From the NCBI GenBank assembly GCA_963668315.1, contig OY764216.1, positions 4,704,001 through 4,768,000 on the forward strand: DNA of 64,000 nt, in the 5' to 3' direction. A program made the translations under genes and the position numbers. This DNA comes from Spirochaetia bacterium (lineage in GTDB: Bacteria; Spirochaetota; Spirochaetia; DSM-2461). Within the stretch, counting starts at the first letter, position 1. The number at the start of each line of letters is the position of its first letter. The notes below the pieces were generated by a model, which saw only the letters and a program-made list of their open reading frames with translations, did no database searches and had not been told where the DNA came from. Shown here in pieces: positions 19,160 through 29,881 of the stretch.

Positions 19160-22100
19160 CAGTTTTTCTCCACGGCCAGGATTGTCAGGTCGTCAAACTG
19201 CTCATCCTCCGCCAGATGGCGAAAATAGGCATACTCGGGAAAATCCGGCTTATCCTCGGGATGTTTGAAATAGTCCCGGTACTGGACAAAATGTTCCTTC
19301 AGGAAATTATCGATTTTCCTGTCCACCTGAATGACGCTGTCCTCTTTGGCCCGCTCATAGGGATGAAGGCGGAAAACTTTTTCCAGGGATACCAGAGCCA
19401 TCACAGCCTCCTCCGCCGTTCCCTTGCAGGTGGAGAAGTCAAACTGATAGCGGGCCTCCCTGTCGGGATTATGATATTTGACCATCTCGTAGGTCCCCCT
19501 GTTCATGACCTGGGGAACGATTTCCTGAATCCGGGGGATGCCGAACTCCTCGAATCCCTCCCCTTCATGATGATTGATTTTGGAACCTTCGGGTACCTGG
19601 CTGTGACAGCTGTTGTCGCACTCTATCTGGTTGAAATCATCATCGCGGAAAAGGCGCTGGGCTTCCTCGATACCGTCGGTGAACATGAACATCACGTCTC
19701 CGCTCTTCAGCTGGAAATCCTGCTGCTGGTAACCGTTTTTCATCTCCACCAGGAAGGAGTCGATCTGTCCGGCCGCGGGGGCCTCGCTCAGCTCGATCTC
19801 CCTCATTTTCTTCTGGCTGCTGTCGTAGAGGTGGAAATATTTATCCCCCGCATGGCTCAGAACGCACTTTCCCGTCTTTTCGTTGACAACCATCATACTG
19901 AAGGCGGCAAAACGTCCCTGAAACCCTACTTCCAGAAGCAGGTCATTGATATTATACAGAAGGGGGGGAAGATTGATACCCTTCCGGGGCTCCATCTCCC
20001 GACAGTGGCTCACGAAAATCGTGGCGACTTCCACCATGATCAGTGAGGCCGAGACACCCTTTCCGGCGATATCGCACTTTATAACCGCGTAGTGCTCATC
20101 GTCCAGCTTCCGATAGTCGAAATAGTCTCCCGATACACCCTTGGCTCCCTCATAATAACCGAAGAACTTCAGATTGCCGTCGGTTTTGGAGCCGGTGGTC
20201 AGCTTTCTTTTCGAATCGCCGACGACCGTTTCCTCCAGGGGGATGAAAGCCTTCTGCATATCTTTACCTATGGTGAGCTCCTTGCTGGCCTCGGCCGCCT
20301 TGGCGAGCTGAAGGGTCATCTGGTTGATCGTTTCTCCCAGATTGGCCAGTTCGTCCCGGGATTTGAGCTGGATAAGCTGATGTTTGAGGAGCGATTTGTC
20401 ATCGGTATCGCGGATGATCTGCACGTGATCAGCCAGCTGACGGATAGGCCGTATCATCGTGGAAGCCAGCAGAATGGCGCCGAAAATGGAAGCGGCGATG
20501 GCGACAACGAAGATCAGGGCGGTAATCTTGATGATGTTCTGCCGGGACTGCTTGATCTGGGAAATAAGCGGTTCCACCGAAACCCTCAGCCGGATGGCGC
20601 CGCGGTAATAGGTATCGGAACCGGCTTCCTGGTATACAACGGGCTTGAAGAAGGTGAAAACCTGTTCGTCCTCGCCCAGAAGCAGCAGCTCCTCCGGATT
20701 GAATTCCGGTTCGCTTAAAACGCCCACCCTGTCGGTAATCTCGGCCAGGGACTGGTTGATCTGGTCGGCCAGAAGGCGGATCGTCACGCTGATCTGGTCT
20801 ATCTGCTCCTGGGAGCCTCCCCTCAGCAGGAGGGATGTGGCTTCGCTGTTCAGCTGGTCATAGTCCCGTACCATATCATTCAGGCTTTCCGCGGCCATGG
20901 AATTGATCTGCGTCTCCACTTCGGCCAGACGGGGCTCGATGCTGTCCCAATAGGGCGTATTTCCCACGGAAAAGGAGGAAAGAAGCTCTTTTTCCAGGAG
21001 CAGGGCCGCCAGTTCCGAAGAACGGTCCCGCATTTCCTCGTTAAAGACGTAGCGCCCGTCCTGTTCCAGATAGAACTGTTCAAGAAGGGTGTTCTCATCC
21101 TCGGAAAGGGCCGATGAAATCCGGCTGTAGTCCCTGGATGAGTAGGATTCGGGCAGAACCTGATATTGATTTATGTCGGGACGGTTGGAAGCCCAGATAT
21201 AGTTGAAATGATCGGGATCGTTGAAGCCTTTTCCCGTTATTGTCGTGCTCAGAGCCTCTTCCATGGCGGAGATCTGCCTGGGCAGAAGGCTCATTTCGAT
21301 ACGGTTTCCCAGGGGCAGATTGCTTTCCGCTCCGGAAGACAGGGTATCCACCATCATCAGGCTTCGTTTTTCCAGCTCCTCTCCCAGGGATATCTGCTGG
21401 GTGGTGATCATATAGTTTCCCAGGACCAGGGCCACCAGGAGGACGATGGATACGACCAGGGCCAGGAAGGCCAGGGTGAATTTCGCTCTGAGTCCGACTC
21501 CCTGTTTTTTCATAGCTTTTATCCTTTCTTCCGCCGCTTCCGATGCCATCAGGCTTCCTTCGATAAGGGCGTTAGCGTTTATTTCCAGTTCTCTGTTCTC
21601 CTGCCAGAGGCGTATCGTCCGTACAATCAGCAGAACGATAATCCCCGCGAGGAAGAGAAGGACCAGGTAGAAGGCTACCCGGTTCAGGGCAAGGCGCAGG
21701 GCCCGGTCCTGGATCAGGGTCCAGTCCATGGTGAAGGACCGGGTGAAATCACCGAATTTCACCGTACCCGTGGAGTCCAGTTTAATCCGGTTCTGGGCAA
21801 AGACGATGCCCCTGAGCGGATGCTCCACTCCTATATAGTAAACCCCTTCCCTCATGTCGTCTATAACGGGGCCTGCAATCCTTCTGTCCGTGACAACCTG
21901 GTAATCCTCGTTCAGGTAATACTCATAATCCCAGGGAGCCTGGCCGTTTCTGTCCACCAGGACCCGCACGACCCGTCCGTTTTCGGCAAATCCCCGTCCC
22001 CTGATGTCCAGGACGATACTCTCCTCGCGGTTTTTCGACGACCCCACCCAGCTTATGTAGGTAACCGGGACGTATTTATCCATCCGGAACCGGAGGGTTT

Positions 22101-23901
22101 CAATTTTTCCCATGTTCCCCGTTCCGTCAAGGGAACCCACAGCCAGGAGCCAGTACCCGTTATCCCGGTTATTCAGCTTGATGGCCCTGTCGGTGGTCAT
22201 GACTCGCCGGGGAGGATCGTAGAGACTCGTATCGAAATCGTCAATTTCAAAGGGATCGTTGCCCAGATAAACCAGATTATAGGAGTAGCCCGCCAGGTCT
22301 TCATCCCCGGGCAGTTTCCAGGCCAGTACGGGTGAATTGCTTCTCAGGGCACCGAAAGCATCGGTCTCGGGGCGGATGAAAACGACCGGAGCCGGAGGTG
22401 TGGTATCCCTGAAATAGGGGACATGCAGGGGCTCCGACCAGTTGCCCGCGTTATCACGGACGCTGATGTGAATATACCACTCCCCGTCCTCTTCGGCGGT
22501 GAAGGTTGTCGCCCTCGGCCTCAGGATGAGCCTTTCCCCGTTTTCCGAAGGATCGGTATCGGGATTTCTGTCCCAGGCGATGCGGTACCCCTCAATACCA
22601 GAGGAGTCCACGGGGATGGACCAGCTGAAGGTAACCAGGGACTTGGCATTACGCTCCCCCAGGGTAAAAGAAATTGGTTCTATGCGGGGCTGATTGACCG
22701 ATTTGTCGGGAGCCAGCATGACGAGCCTGTTTCTGTCGGAAAACTGGTTCTCCCAGAACAGATACAGGTCTCCCTTAAATATGATGGGGATTCCGTAGGA
22801 TGAGTTGCCCCGGGAGCGGCTCATCCGGTCCCCGCCCAGATAGGATGTCTTCAAGTTGGTCATGACGACCTGGTTTCCGTCCCGGTTGTCGAACCAGAGA
22901 ACGAAATCTTCACCCCGAAGATGAAAGTAGCAGGGATTGGCGTTATACCGGTATCCCGTGGTCACCGCTGTGAATTCCCCTTTGACCGCCCCGCTCCCGT
23001 CCAGCCGGGCCATATACACCTGGGGGGAGAGCTGGGAGTAGTGTCTTTCCCAGGTGAGGATAAGTTCCTCTCCGTTGGATGTCAGGCAGGGGCGCTGATT
23101 GTCCCAGTAGATAGATTCCTGGAGAAGACCGTCAAAGTTCTCCCCCCTGTCGGTAATGAGAACCGGGTCGGACCACTGGAGACTTCCCTGGTCCCGGCTC
23201 TGCAGATAAATCTGCCAGGTGATACGGGTTCCGGTGTACAGAGACTGGAAGACCACATACTCCCGTCCCCCGAAGCTATGGAAGGAGGGCAGGAAGTTCC
23301 AGGTCAGATCGGGGTCCGTCACCAGTTCACGCGGCTCCGACCAGGACCTTCCATCCCATTCGCTATAGAGGATTCTCAACGAGGACGTTATCGACGTTCC
23401 TTCCTCGGGGCTGCTCTCGGTGCTGAAAAGTATCAGATTTCCCTCTTCCTTCTCAAAGAGGCGGGGTGCAAGATTGGTGGTATTGGAGAGGATCTCCCCT
23501 GTCCTTACAAACTCCGCCGATCCCTTTGTGCGGGAATAGACGGCAATTGTCTGCTCATTCTCATGAAAGGCCAGGTGAAAATCCCCCGTGGAAGTTCCCA
23601 CCAGGGAGAATAGGGAAACCTGGTCTTCCCAGTAATAGTCGATGGGCTCGTAAATCCTTTCAGCAGGGGTCCATTCGACACCGTCTGCTGAGGAGGTGGT
23701 ATAGAAGGAAACCGTGCCGGCCGCGTCGTCAAACTCCTGCCAGACAGCCAGAATCTCGTCATCGGTGGTGACGACCTGGGGAAACCGGGCTCTGTTTCCG
23801 GTCAGAATCTGTTCATTCTCCCAGAAAAAGTCAACCTGGGCGCACAAAAGGAACGGGATAAGTAAAAAAAGTAGGCCTAGAAGTGTTCTTTTAAAGTCCA
23901 A
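19159..23901 (-). CDS. Large membrane sensor phosphatase: extracytoplasmic beta-rich/FN3-like region, TMs, HAMP, SpoIIE/PP2C
   Basis: Signal peptide; HAMP (RPIRQLA...RDELANLGETIN); PP2C motifs GVSGDYFD, CDIAGKG, FTDGIEEA and DDLTILAV. Confidence 0.88.
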   Translation of the reverse strand: MDFKRTLLGLLFLLIPFLLCAQVDFFWENEQILTGNRARFPQVVTTDDEILAVWQEFDDAAGTVSFYTTSSADGVEWTPAERIYEPIDYYWEDQVSLFSLVGTSTGDFHLAFHENEQTIAVYSRTKGSAEFVRTGEILSNTTNLAPRLFEKEEGNLILFSTESSPEEGTSITSSLRILYSEWDGRSWSEPRELVTDPDLTWNFLPSFHSFGGREYVVFQSLYTGTRITWQIYLQSRDQGSLQWSDPVLITDRGENFDGLLQESIYWDNQRPCLTSNGEELILTWERHYSQLSPQVYMARLDGSGAVKGEFTAVTTGYRYNANPCYFHLRGEDFVLWFDNRDGNQVVMTNLKTSYLGGDRMSRSRGNSSYGIPIIFKGDLYLFWENQFSDRNRLVMLAPDKSVNQPRIEPISFTLGERNAKSLVTFSWSIPVDSSGIEGYRIAWDRNPDTDPSENGERLILRPRATTFTAEEDGEWYIHISVRDNAGNWSEPLHVPYFRDTTPPAPVVFIRPETDAFGALRSNSPVLAWKLPGDEDLAGYSYNLVYLGNDPFEIDDFDTSLYDPPRRVMTTDRAIKLNNRDNGYWLLAVGSLDGTGNMGKIETLRFRMDKYVPVTYISWVGSSKNREESIVLDIRGRGFAENGRVVRVLVDRNGQAPWDYEYYLNEDYQVVTDRRIAGPVIDDMREGVYYIGVEHPLRGIVFAQNRIKLDSTGTVKFGDFTRSFTMDWTLIQDRALRLALNRVAFYLVLLFLAGIIVLLIVRTIRLWQENRELEINANALIEGSLMASEAAEERIKAMKKQGVGLRAKFTLAFLALVVSIVLLVALVLGNYMITTQQISLGEELEKRSLMMVDTLSSGAESNLPLGNRIEMSLLPRQISAMEEALSTTITGKGFNDPDHFNYIWASNRPDINQYQVLPESYSSRDYSRISSALSEDENTLLEQFYLEQDGRYVFNEEMRDRSSELAALLLEKELLSSFSVGNTPYWDSIEPRLAEVETQINSMAAESLNDMVRDYDQLNSEATSLLLRGGSQEQIDQISVTIRLLADQINQSLAEITDRVGVLSEPEFNPEELLLLGEDEQVFTFFKPVVYQEAGSDTYYRGAIRLRVSVEPLISQIKQSRQNIIKITALIFVVAIAASIFGAILLASTMIRPIRQLADHVQIIRDTDDKSLLKHQLIQLKSRDELANLGETINQMTLQLAKAAEASKELTIGKDMQKAFIPLEETVVGDSKRKLTTGSKTDGNLKFFGYYEGAKGVSGDYFDYRKLDDEHYAVIKCDIAGKGVSASLIMVEVATIFVSHCREMEPRKGINLPPLLYNINDLLLEVGFQGRFAAFSMMVVNEKTGKCVLSHAGDKYFHLYDSSQKKMREIELSEAPAAGQIDSFLVEMKNGYQQQDFQLKSGDVMFMFTDGIEEAQRLFRDDDFNQIECDNSCHSQVPEGSKINHHEGEGFEEFGIPRIQEIVPQVMNRGTYEMVKYHNPDREARYQFDFSTCKGTAEEAVMALVSLEKVFRLHPYERAKEDSVIQVDRKIDNFLKEHFVQYRDYFKHPEDKPDFPEYAYFRHLAEDEQFDDLTILAVEKN

Positions 23902-26863
23902 GGTTGGTTTCGGTTCTCCTTTTCAGTTCCTGCAGAGGGGGATAAGACTGGTTGGCTTTGACTTTCCAGAGCTCCTGGATTATCTGATAGGCCCCGAGAT
24001 AGTCTCCGGCCACGAATTTCTCTTCGGCAGACTGATACTGGCTGAGTGAGGCGGAAGAGAGAACGACCGTCGTCCCTCCCCCTTCGTAGAGGCGCATCTG
24101 GTCGATCAGTTCACTGGCCGCCGCGTTATTGGGGTTGAGGGAGATAGCCTCGCTGAGCTGTTCGATGGCACCGGCGAAGAGGTTCAGATTGCCGCTGTCG
24201 TAAACGGCCCGGGCGCTCTGGTAAAGTTCGTTGCTCCGCCTGAGAACCGCCGGATCGGGAGGGGGTATTTTGATTCCCAGGTCATACTCCAGGGAAAGGA
24301 TATTCCTCTGGATATTCGAATAATCCGGAATGATCTCGGCCAGGTCCTTCAGCTCGATATAGGCCTGCTCTTTCTGAAACTCCATCTTGGACAGGGCGTT
24401 GCGGTACTTCTCGGCGAAGGTAACGGCAAAGTTATCCTCGTCCTTGGCCTGGAGAATACGCAGGTTAAGAACACTGGCATTCTGGTTGAGAGGCATAAGT
24501 ATAAGGACCTGCTGCAGAAAGTCCTCCGCTCTGGTAAAGCTCTGCAGACTTTCGACTTTCCTGTTTCTATCCAGAAGTTTCTGCCCCTCCTGATAGTTTT
24601 TCCAGGCCAGGTTGAGAAGCTGGGATATCTCATTATAGAGGGGGCTGCTCTCTTCCAGATAACGGCCCGATTCAACGGAGAGGGCGGTTCTGACAAGGCT
24701 CATCCAGTACACAAGCTCGCTGTTCTCCTCCGTATTGGTGGTGAACCATTTATTTTCCGCCTGGATAAGCCGCGCTTCGCTCTGGGCATAGAGTCCCTGG
24801 AAGTAAAGGTTCTTACCCTGATTGATCAGATCACGCACCTCACGGATAACCTGGCGGTTCTCCTCATCGACAATGCGCGCCTGCAAGGCGGCGATACGGG
24901 CGTCCAGATCGTTCCGGGAAAAGCTGTCCTCGTCGTAGGAAAGGGCCGAAACGTAAAGTTCCTGGGCCTGGCTCAGCTCATCCCTGGCCAGCTGGAAGTT
25001 GCTGTTGTTCAGCTGCCTTTCGGCCTGGGAGAACCGGAATTCCCCCGCATTGAAGTCCCTCTGGGCCAGATAGATGAAATTCTCTCCGTCCTCCCTGAGC
25101 AGGGCGATCTCCTGACCGAAGCTCACCGCCCTTTCCAGGATAGCCTCGGCCCTCTCGAGGTAGGGATTCAATACCGCTCCGTCCTCAATCAGGGGCTGTT
25201 CCTCCCGGTAAGAATCGCGATACCCCGATGCCTGCAGGACGAGGGTTTCCATCTGGTTTTCCAGAAGAGCCAGATCGGAAAGGGCCCTCTGGGGATAGCG
25301 GAACAGGAGATCTTCCTGTTCTGAAACCCCGCCGATATAGTCGGAGTCCAGGGCCAGGCGCGACTCATAGTCGGCGAGGAGAGCTTCGGGAGAGCGGATA
25401 TCCCAGTCGGCCATGGCCAGAACAATATCCCCTTCCATCCCCTTTCCCCGGCGGATGAGCTTCTCCGTTTCGTCATAGATCCGGTCGAGGGGAGACGTAT
25501 TTCTGTCCTTCAGAAGGGGATCGAGGCTTCTGACGGTTCGCTCCCCGTCAAGAATTTCCGTAAGGGGAATGAGGCTGCTCCAGCTGTCCCGGGCACTGTT
25601 TCTCAAGCTGTCGTAGGTGGTGCGGACCCCCTGGTCAAAGGAAGCCTGATACCGGTCCAGAGTCTGCTGCATGGTGATCAGGCTGTCATAACGGTCGAAC
25701 TGATCAGTCACATCCCGGGCGTTTTTCCAGCCGTCATAATACTTGTCCGCCACCCGGGAGCCCAGTCGGTCCAGGCTGCCGTTTTCGTTGAGGTAGACCC
25801 GGTCGACCGCAGGGCCATAGAAGCTGAGAAGCAGATCGGTCTCCTCCCGGGCCCGCTGAAAAGATCGTCGGCTGGCGACCCAGTCGCCGTCGTCATACTG
25901 ACGGTGGGCCAGGGTCAGATCACGGTTCTGGCTATCTCCCAGAATCCGCAGGGCCTTGTCAAGGGAATCCTCGAGGTAGTAATCCAGGGCGACGGCAATT
26001 CCCTCCCACTCGGTCTGGTTGAGACGTCCGGCCAGCAGCCTGTTCATAAAGGAGAGATGGAAATCCTCCACCCCCTTGTTTCCTTCGGCTACGAGAGCAT
26101 TCTGCCTGCCGTAAACTTCAGAAATCCGGTAGATACTGTTGCGTAGTCCGCTCAATTCGGTCAGACCGGCCAGCAGGCTGTTATATGTTCCCTCATCGCC
26201 CGATTCCAGGGCCAGGCTTTCAAGATCGTCCAGCGCGAAACGGCTCCAGTCGGTTTCCACCCTGTCCAGCTGGGCGACCAGCTGATCATAGGCTCTATAG
26301 ACGGGATCCTTGACAAGACTGCCGTATTCGCTCTCATCGAAAGTCTGCCTGAAAAGGACAAATCCCGTTTCATAAAGCTTAATGGCCTGAAAATACTCGC
26401 CCGCGGCCAGATGAATCAGGGCCTGGTCCATGATATCGTTGAAAATCTTGCGGTAATAGACAAGTTCCGCACTGATTCTGGCATCCCGTATCGCCAGGCG
26501 GGTCGCCTCATTGGGATTGCTGTCCAGGGAATCAAGTTCCTGAATCAGGTTCAGGGCCTGCTCATAATCCTCCTCTTCGAAAAGGACCTTGATCAGCTCG
26601 TCGTAAAGGACGTTATAGCTGTCCCTGATCGTTCGGATATAGCGGATTTTCTGCTGGGCGATTTCAAAAAATTCCGGATCCTGCTTGGAGAGGGAGATAA
26701 GCACGTCGATGGCCTCGGAATAGTTTCTCTCTTCTATAAGCCGGTCCGCGTCATCCATGGTATAGAGAGGGGTTTCCTCCTGCCCTCCCGCCGTCAGGGG
26801 AAGGGAAAAAAAGGAGAAAATCAGGATTGTCAGGGCTATCGCCCCAGGTCTGAACCGGTTCAT
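23891..26863 (-). CDS. Large exported alpha-helical / TPR protein
   Basis: Signal peptide (LPLTA-GGQEE); TPR-like helical repeats such as AIEQLSEAISLNPNN. Start trimmed to MNRFRP. Confidence 0.75.
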   Translation of the reverse strand: MNRFRPGAIALTILIFSFFSLPLTAGGQEETPLYTMDDADRLIEERNYSEAIDVLISLSKQDPEFFEIAQQKIRYIRTIRDSYNVLYDELIKVLFEEEDYEQALNLIQELDSLDSNPNEATRLAIRDARISAELVYYRKIFNDIMDQALIHLAAGEYFQAIKLYETGFVLFRQTFDESEYGSLVKDPVYRAYDQLVAQLDRVETDWSRFALDDLESLALESGDEGTYNSLLAGLTELSGLRNSIYRISEVYGRQNALVAEGNKGVEDFHLSFMNRLLAGRLNQTEWEGIAVALDYYLEDSLDKALRILGDSQNRDLTLAHRQYDDGDWVASRRSFQRAREETDLLLSFYGPAVDRVYLNENGSLDRLGSRVADKYYDGWKNARDVTDQFDRYDSLITMQQTLDRYQASFDQGVRTTYDSLRNSARDSWSSLIPLTEILDGERTVRSLDPLLKDRNTSPLDRIYDETEKLIRRGKGMEGDIVLAMADWDIRSPEALLADYESRLALDSDYIGGVSEQEDLLFRYPQRALSDLALLENQMETLVLQASGYRDSYREEQPLIEDGAVLNPYLERAEAILERAVSFGQEIALLREDGENFIYLAQRDFNAGEFRFSQAERQLNNSNFQLARDELSQAQELYVSALSYDEDSFSRNDLDARIAALQARIVDEENRQVIREVRDLINQGKNLYFQGLYAQSEARLIQAENKWFTTNTEENSELVYWMSLVRTALSVESGRYLEESSPLYNEISQLLNLAWKNYQEGQKLLDRNRKVESLQSFTRAEDFLQQVLILMPLNQNASVLNLRILQAKDEDNFAVTFAEKYRNALSKMEFQKEQAYIELKDLAEIIPDYSNIQRNILSLEYDLGIKIPPPDPAVLRRSNELYQSARAVYDSGNLNLFAGAIEQLSEAISLNPNNAAASELIDQMRLYEGGGTTVVLSSASLSQYQSAEEKFVAGDYLGAYQIIQELWKVKANQSYPPLQELKRRTETNLGL

Positions 26864-26935
26864 ATCTCTCTTTCTATTATATCGGCAGAAAGCGTTTCCT
26901 TCTGGATATTTCAATTAAAAAGTGTTATCATGTAT

Positions 26936-28162
26936 ATGATGGTACGAAAAAGGCTTATCCTACCCTTTTTTTTTCTCTGCCTCTTTTCAGCGTACGCTGA
27001 TTTTGAAGATACCTATAGCGAATTAATCGCCCTGGCCGGGCTTGACCCCAACAGCGGGCAAAACTCTTTTCTGACACTCCTCATCCCGTCGGGAGGAAAG
27101 TATCAGGCCATGGGAACGGCTTATACGGGAGTCGTACGGGATTCGGGATACCTTGATTCCAATCCTGCCACCAGCGCCCACCTGAACAATACGGAACTGT
27201 CCTTTTTTCACAACGACTGGATAGACGATTCCAACCTGGAGAGTGTAGCCTATACGCAGCGACGAGGCAACCTGGGCTGGGGAATGGGGGGGAAATTTCT
27301 CTGGCTTCCCTTCGACGCGACCAATACCTGGGGGGAAACGACCGCCTCCGGGGCTTATTCAGAAACGATTCTGACCTTCAACCTGTCCTATAACTTTCTG
27401 GACGACTACTACTATTCCGGCTTCTCCTTCGGCGTGAACGGCAAAGCCGCCTACCGCGGGATTTCCGAGGAGCTGGCCAAAGACCAGTCGGCTCTGGCTC
27501 TTATGGGAGACGTGGGAATGCTAACCCGTTTCAACCTTCTGAAATTCTACCCTTCCCGGGAGAAGAATTTCGGCCTGGGCGTAACGGTGAAAAATCTGGG
27601 AACCGAGTTTATCACCAATCCCGATCCCCTTCCCTCCCAGCTGACGGGGGGCCTGTCCTACTCTCCCATCAAGCCTCTCCTGCTTGCGATGGATATGACC
27701 TACCCCTTCAATTTGAACGGGGAGGATGCCGAAGCGGTCAGCTACGCCATGGGAATGGATCTGACCATGACCGATTTTCTCTCACTTCAGGGCGGCTTTC
27801 TCCTGAAACTGGGAAAACCGAGAATCACGGTTGGAACCGATCTGGAAATGGAAAAATTCTCCATAGGAGTCAATTATACCCTGGATCTGGCCACCCAGTT
27901 CAAACCGGTGGACCGCATTGTTCTCTCCTTCTCCCTCAACCTGGGAGATTTCGGAAGAATGACCCTCAGGGATAAAGTTCAGGAGCTCTATCTGACCGGA
28001 CTGGGCGCCTATTCCCTGGGGAACTACAGTCAGGCGATACTCTACTGGGAGGAGTGTCTTGAGCTGGATAAGGATTTCACACCGGCCAGAGAGATGATAG
28101 CCACAACGGAAAAATCCATAGAACTGGAAGAAAAAATGAGGGAACAGCAGACAGTGGAGTAG
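26936..28162 (+). CDS. UPF0164 family outer-membrane protein (FadL-like barrel) with C-terminal TPR
   Basis: Signal peptide; LLIPSGGKYQAMGTAYT, NPA and ELSFFHNDWI motifs; terminal TPR. The ORF-track extension to 26411 is antisense overlap. Confidence 0.8.
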   Translation: MMVRKRLILPFFFLCLFSAYADFEDTYSELIALAGLDPNSGQNSFLTLLIPSGGKYQAMGTAYTGVVRDSGYLDSNPATSAHLNNTELSFFHNDWIDDSNLESVAYTQRRGNLGWGMGGKFLWLPFDATNTWGETTASGAYSETILTFNLSYNFLDDYYYSGFSFGVNGKAAYRGISEELAKDQSALALMGDVGMLTRFNLLKFYPSREKNFGLGVTVKNLGTEFITNPDPLPSQLTGGLSYSPIKPLLLAMDMTYPFNLNGEDAEAVSYAMGMDLTMTDFLSLQGGFLLKLGKPRITVGTDLEMEKFSIGVNYTLDLATQFKPVDRIVLSFSLNLGDFGRMTLRDKVQELYLTGLGAYSLGNYSQAILYWEECLELDKDFTPAREMIATTEKSIELEEKMREQQTVE

Positions 28163-28163
28163 A

Positions 28164-28904
28164 TTATACTCCCAGAGATTCCCTGCATTTGTGATAGAAA
28201 ACTGCCAGAGGCACATCAAGGTTCTGTAAAGAAGGGATGCTTTTCTTAGCGCCCGACCCTTTCGTCCTGTTTATAAGACGCCGGAATCGGGCCAGATTAT
28301 TCCGCCCCAGTCTGCTTTCTATTCCTTTAAGGATAACAGTCCTCATCCCCTTAGGGTCTTCCGCGCTCAGTTTTAAAGGCTCCTTATCCCAGTTTTCCAG
28401 GATGTTCTCCAGGGGCCTCTCTTCAAGAGTCTCCAGGTATACTTCTATCTCTTTTAAAAGGCGGGACTCGGTAAATTCGATTCCGTCGATGCTTCCCTTT
28501 ACATTAATTTTCATCTGCACCATTCTATTTCCCCTTTCGGCTCTCCGTCGGTACCAGAGGGAAAACAGTATGGAACCCGCCAGGGAAATGGCCGTTTCAT
28601 CGACAAGGGGAACCGGATCATGGACTAGATAGGTGAGAAAATAAAAAAGACCCAGAAAAATCAGAACGGATAGGCCGAATCTCAGATAGAAGGTTTTTTC
28701 TCCGAGAATCACCCGGCTCCCCTCTTCTCCGAGGATATAAAGTTCACCCTTGATCTGATTGATTCTCTCCATATCGGGATAGGTACCGAATTGTCCGGAT
28801 ACTTCGCCGTTTTCAAGGGCCGCAACGAACTCCCTGGGAGTAAGGCGGGTGAATATATCCATATTTTTCTTTTCCCTATGAAGAATAAGCACGGGGTTAC
28901 TCAC
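28164..28904 (-). CDS. Hypothetical membrane protein (2 TM)
   Basis: Two hydrophobic helices around DPVPLVDE. GTG start with SD GAGGAG overlaps the end of the ankyrin gene. Confidence 0.65.
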   Translation of the reverse strand: MSNPVLILHREKKNMDIFTRLTPREFVAALENGEVSGQFGTYPDMERINQIKGELYILGEEGSRVILGEKTFYLRFGLSVLIFLGLFYFLTYLVHDPVPLVDETAISLAGSILFSLWYRRRAERGNRMVQMKINVKGSIDGIEFTESRLLKEIEVYLETLEERPLENILENWDKEPLKLSAEDPKGMRTVILKGIESRLGRNNLARFRRLINRTKGSGAKKSIPSLQNLDVPLAVFYHKCRESLGV

Positions 28905-29820
28905 CGTTACGCTCCTCAAGCATGGCTACCAATTCATCGTAACCGTATAATTTGGCATATTTAAGCGCCGTCATTCCCAGGCTGTCCCGGTGATTTATCT
29001 CGGCACCGGCTTCCACAAGAACTTTGGCCGTTGCATAATGTCTGTTGCCTATAGCCAGAATCAGGGCGGTCTGTCCCTCTTTGGATTCATGGTCCATGTC
29101 GGCCCCCAAATCCACCAGCTGCTTAACAAGCAGATCCTTTCCCAGCGAGGCGGCTTCCATGATGGGCGTCGTGCCCCTGTCACGGGAAATAATGTTTATA
29201 TCGCAATTACGCTGGAGCAGATGGGAAGCCAGGATCGTTTCATCCTTGCGGATAATATCGCAGATCAGGGGAACTCCCTTCTCGTCTATATGATTGGGGC
29301 TGCCGCCTCTCTCCACATAAAGTTCAAGCAGCATGAGGTCCTTCTCCTCATCCCCGAGGAGAAGAGGCTTATTCAGGCTGTTAAATCCTATAATCTCCAG
29401 AAAACGGTTGGCCGCCAACATATCATCCTGCCTGTGCCACACGCTTTCGGATTGGCTTATGTGCCTGTTGAGAGCAGAAAAGCTGTGAAGGACGGGAAAA
29501 TTTTTCAGCCAGAGGGGCAGCGGTCCGGTCAGGGATGTCAGATAAAAAATAAGATTTATCCTGCGCAGGACTTCCTTGCTTCTCTCCTGGGAAAAACCGA
29601 GTACATAGGGGACCCAGAGGGAGTCCAGATTTTTCTGTTCGCATAATAAGAGGAAATCATAGGACTTCTTAAGAACATTAAGCAGGGAGGTTTCGCCGTC
29701 CAGACTCCACTTGGGATCTATCACATAATATTCTGAGGCAATAAATCTACCGTCGAAAAAAGCTTTAAGACGTGGAATGGACGATTTTTCAGACGGAGAA
29801 AGCAGAACAGTAATCTTCAT
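28897..29820 (-). CDS. Ankyrin-repeat protein with degenerate TIR-like N-terminal domain
   Basis: Ankyrin repeats GTTPIMEAA, GQTALILAI and GMTALKYA; N-terminal FLLLC...DSLWVPYVLGFS. Confidence 0.8.
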   Translation of the reverse strand: MKITVLLSPSEKSSIPRLKAFFDGRFIASEYYVIDPKWSLDGETSLLNVLKKSYDFLLLCEQKNLDSLWVPYVLGFSQERSKEVLRRINLIFYLTSLTGPLPLWLKNFPVLHSFSALNRHISQSESVWHRQDDMLAANRFLEIIGFNSLNKPLLLGDEEKDLMLLELYVERGGSPNHIDEKGVPLICDIIRKDETILASHLLQRNCDINIISRDRGTTPIMEAASLGKDLLVKQLVDLGADMDHESKEGQTALILAIGNRHYATAKVLVEAGAEINHRDSLGMTALKYAKLYGYDELVAMLEERNGE

Positions 29821-29881
29821 ATACTCTCCAATTATCGGCATCGGACTATGAAAAATCAATATCTTCATGATAAAATCGCCC

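Noticed and set aside
26411..26935. N-terminal extension of the UPF0164 ORF
   Set aside because: It overlaps the TPR gene on the opposite strand, and the signal peptide starts at 26936/26939.
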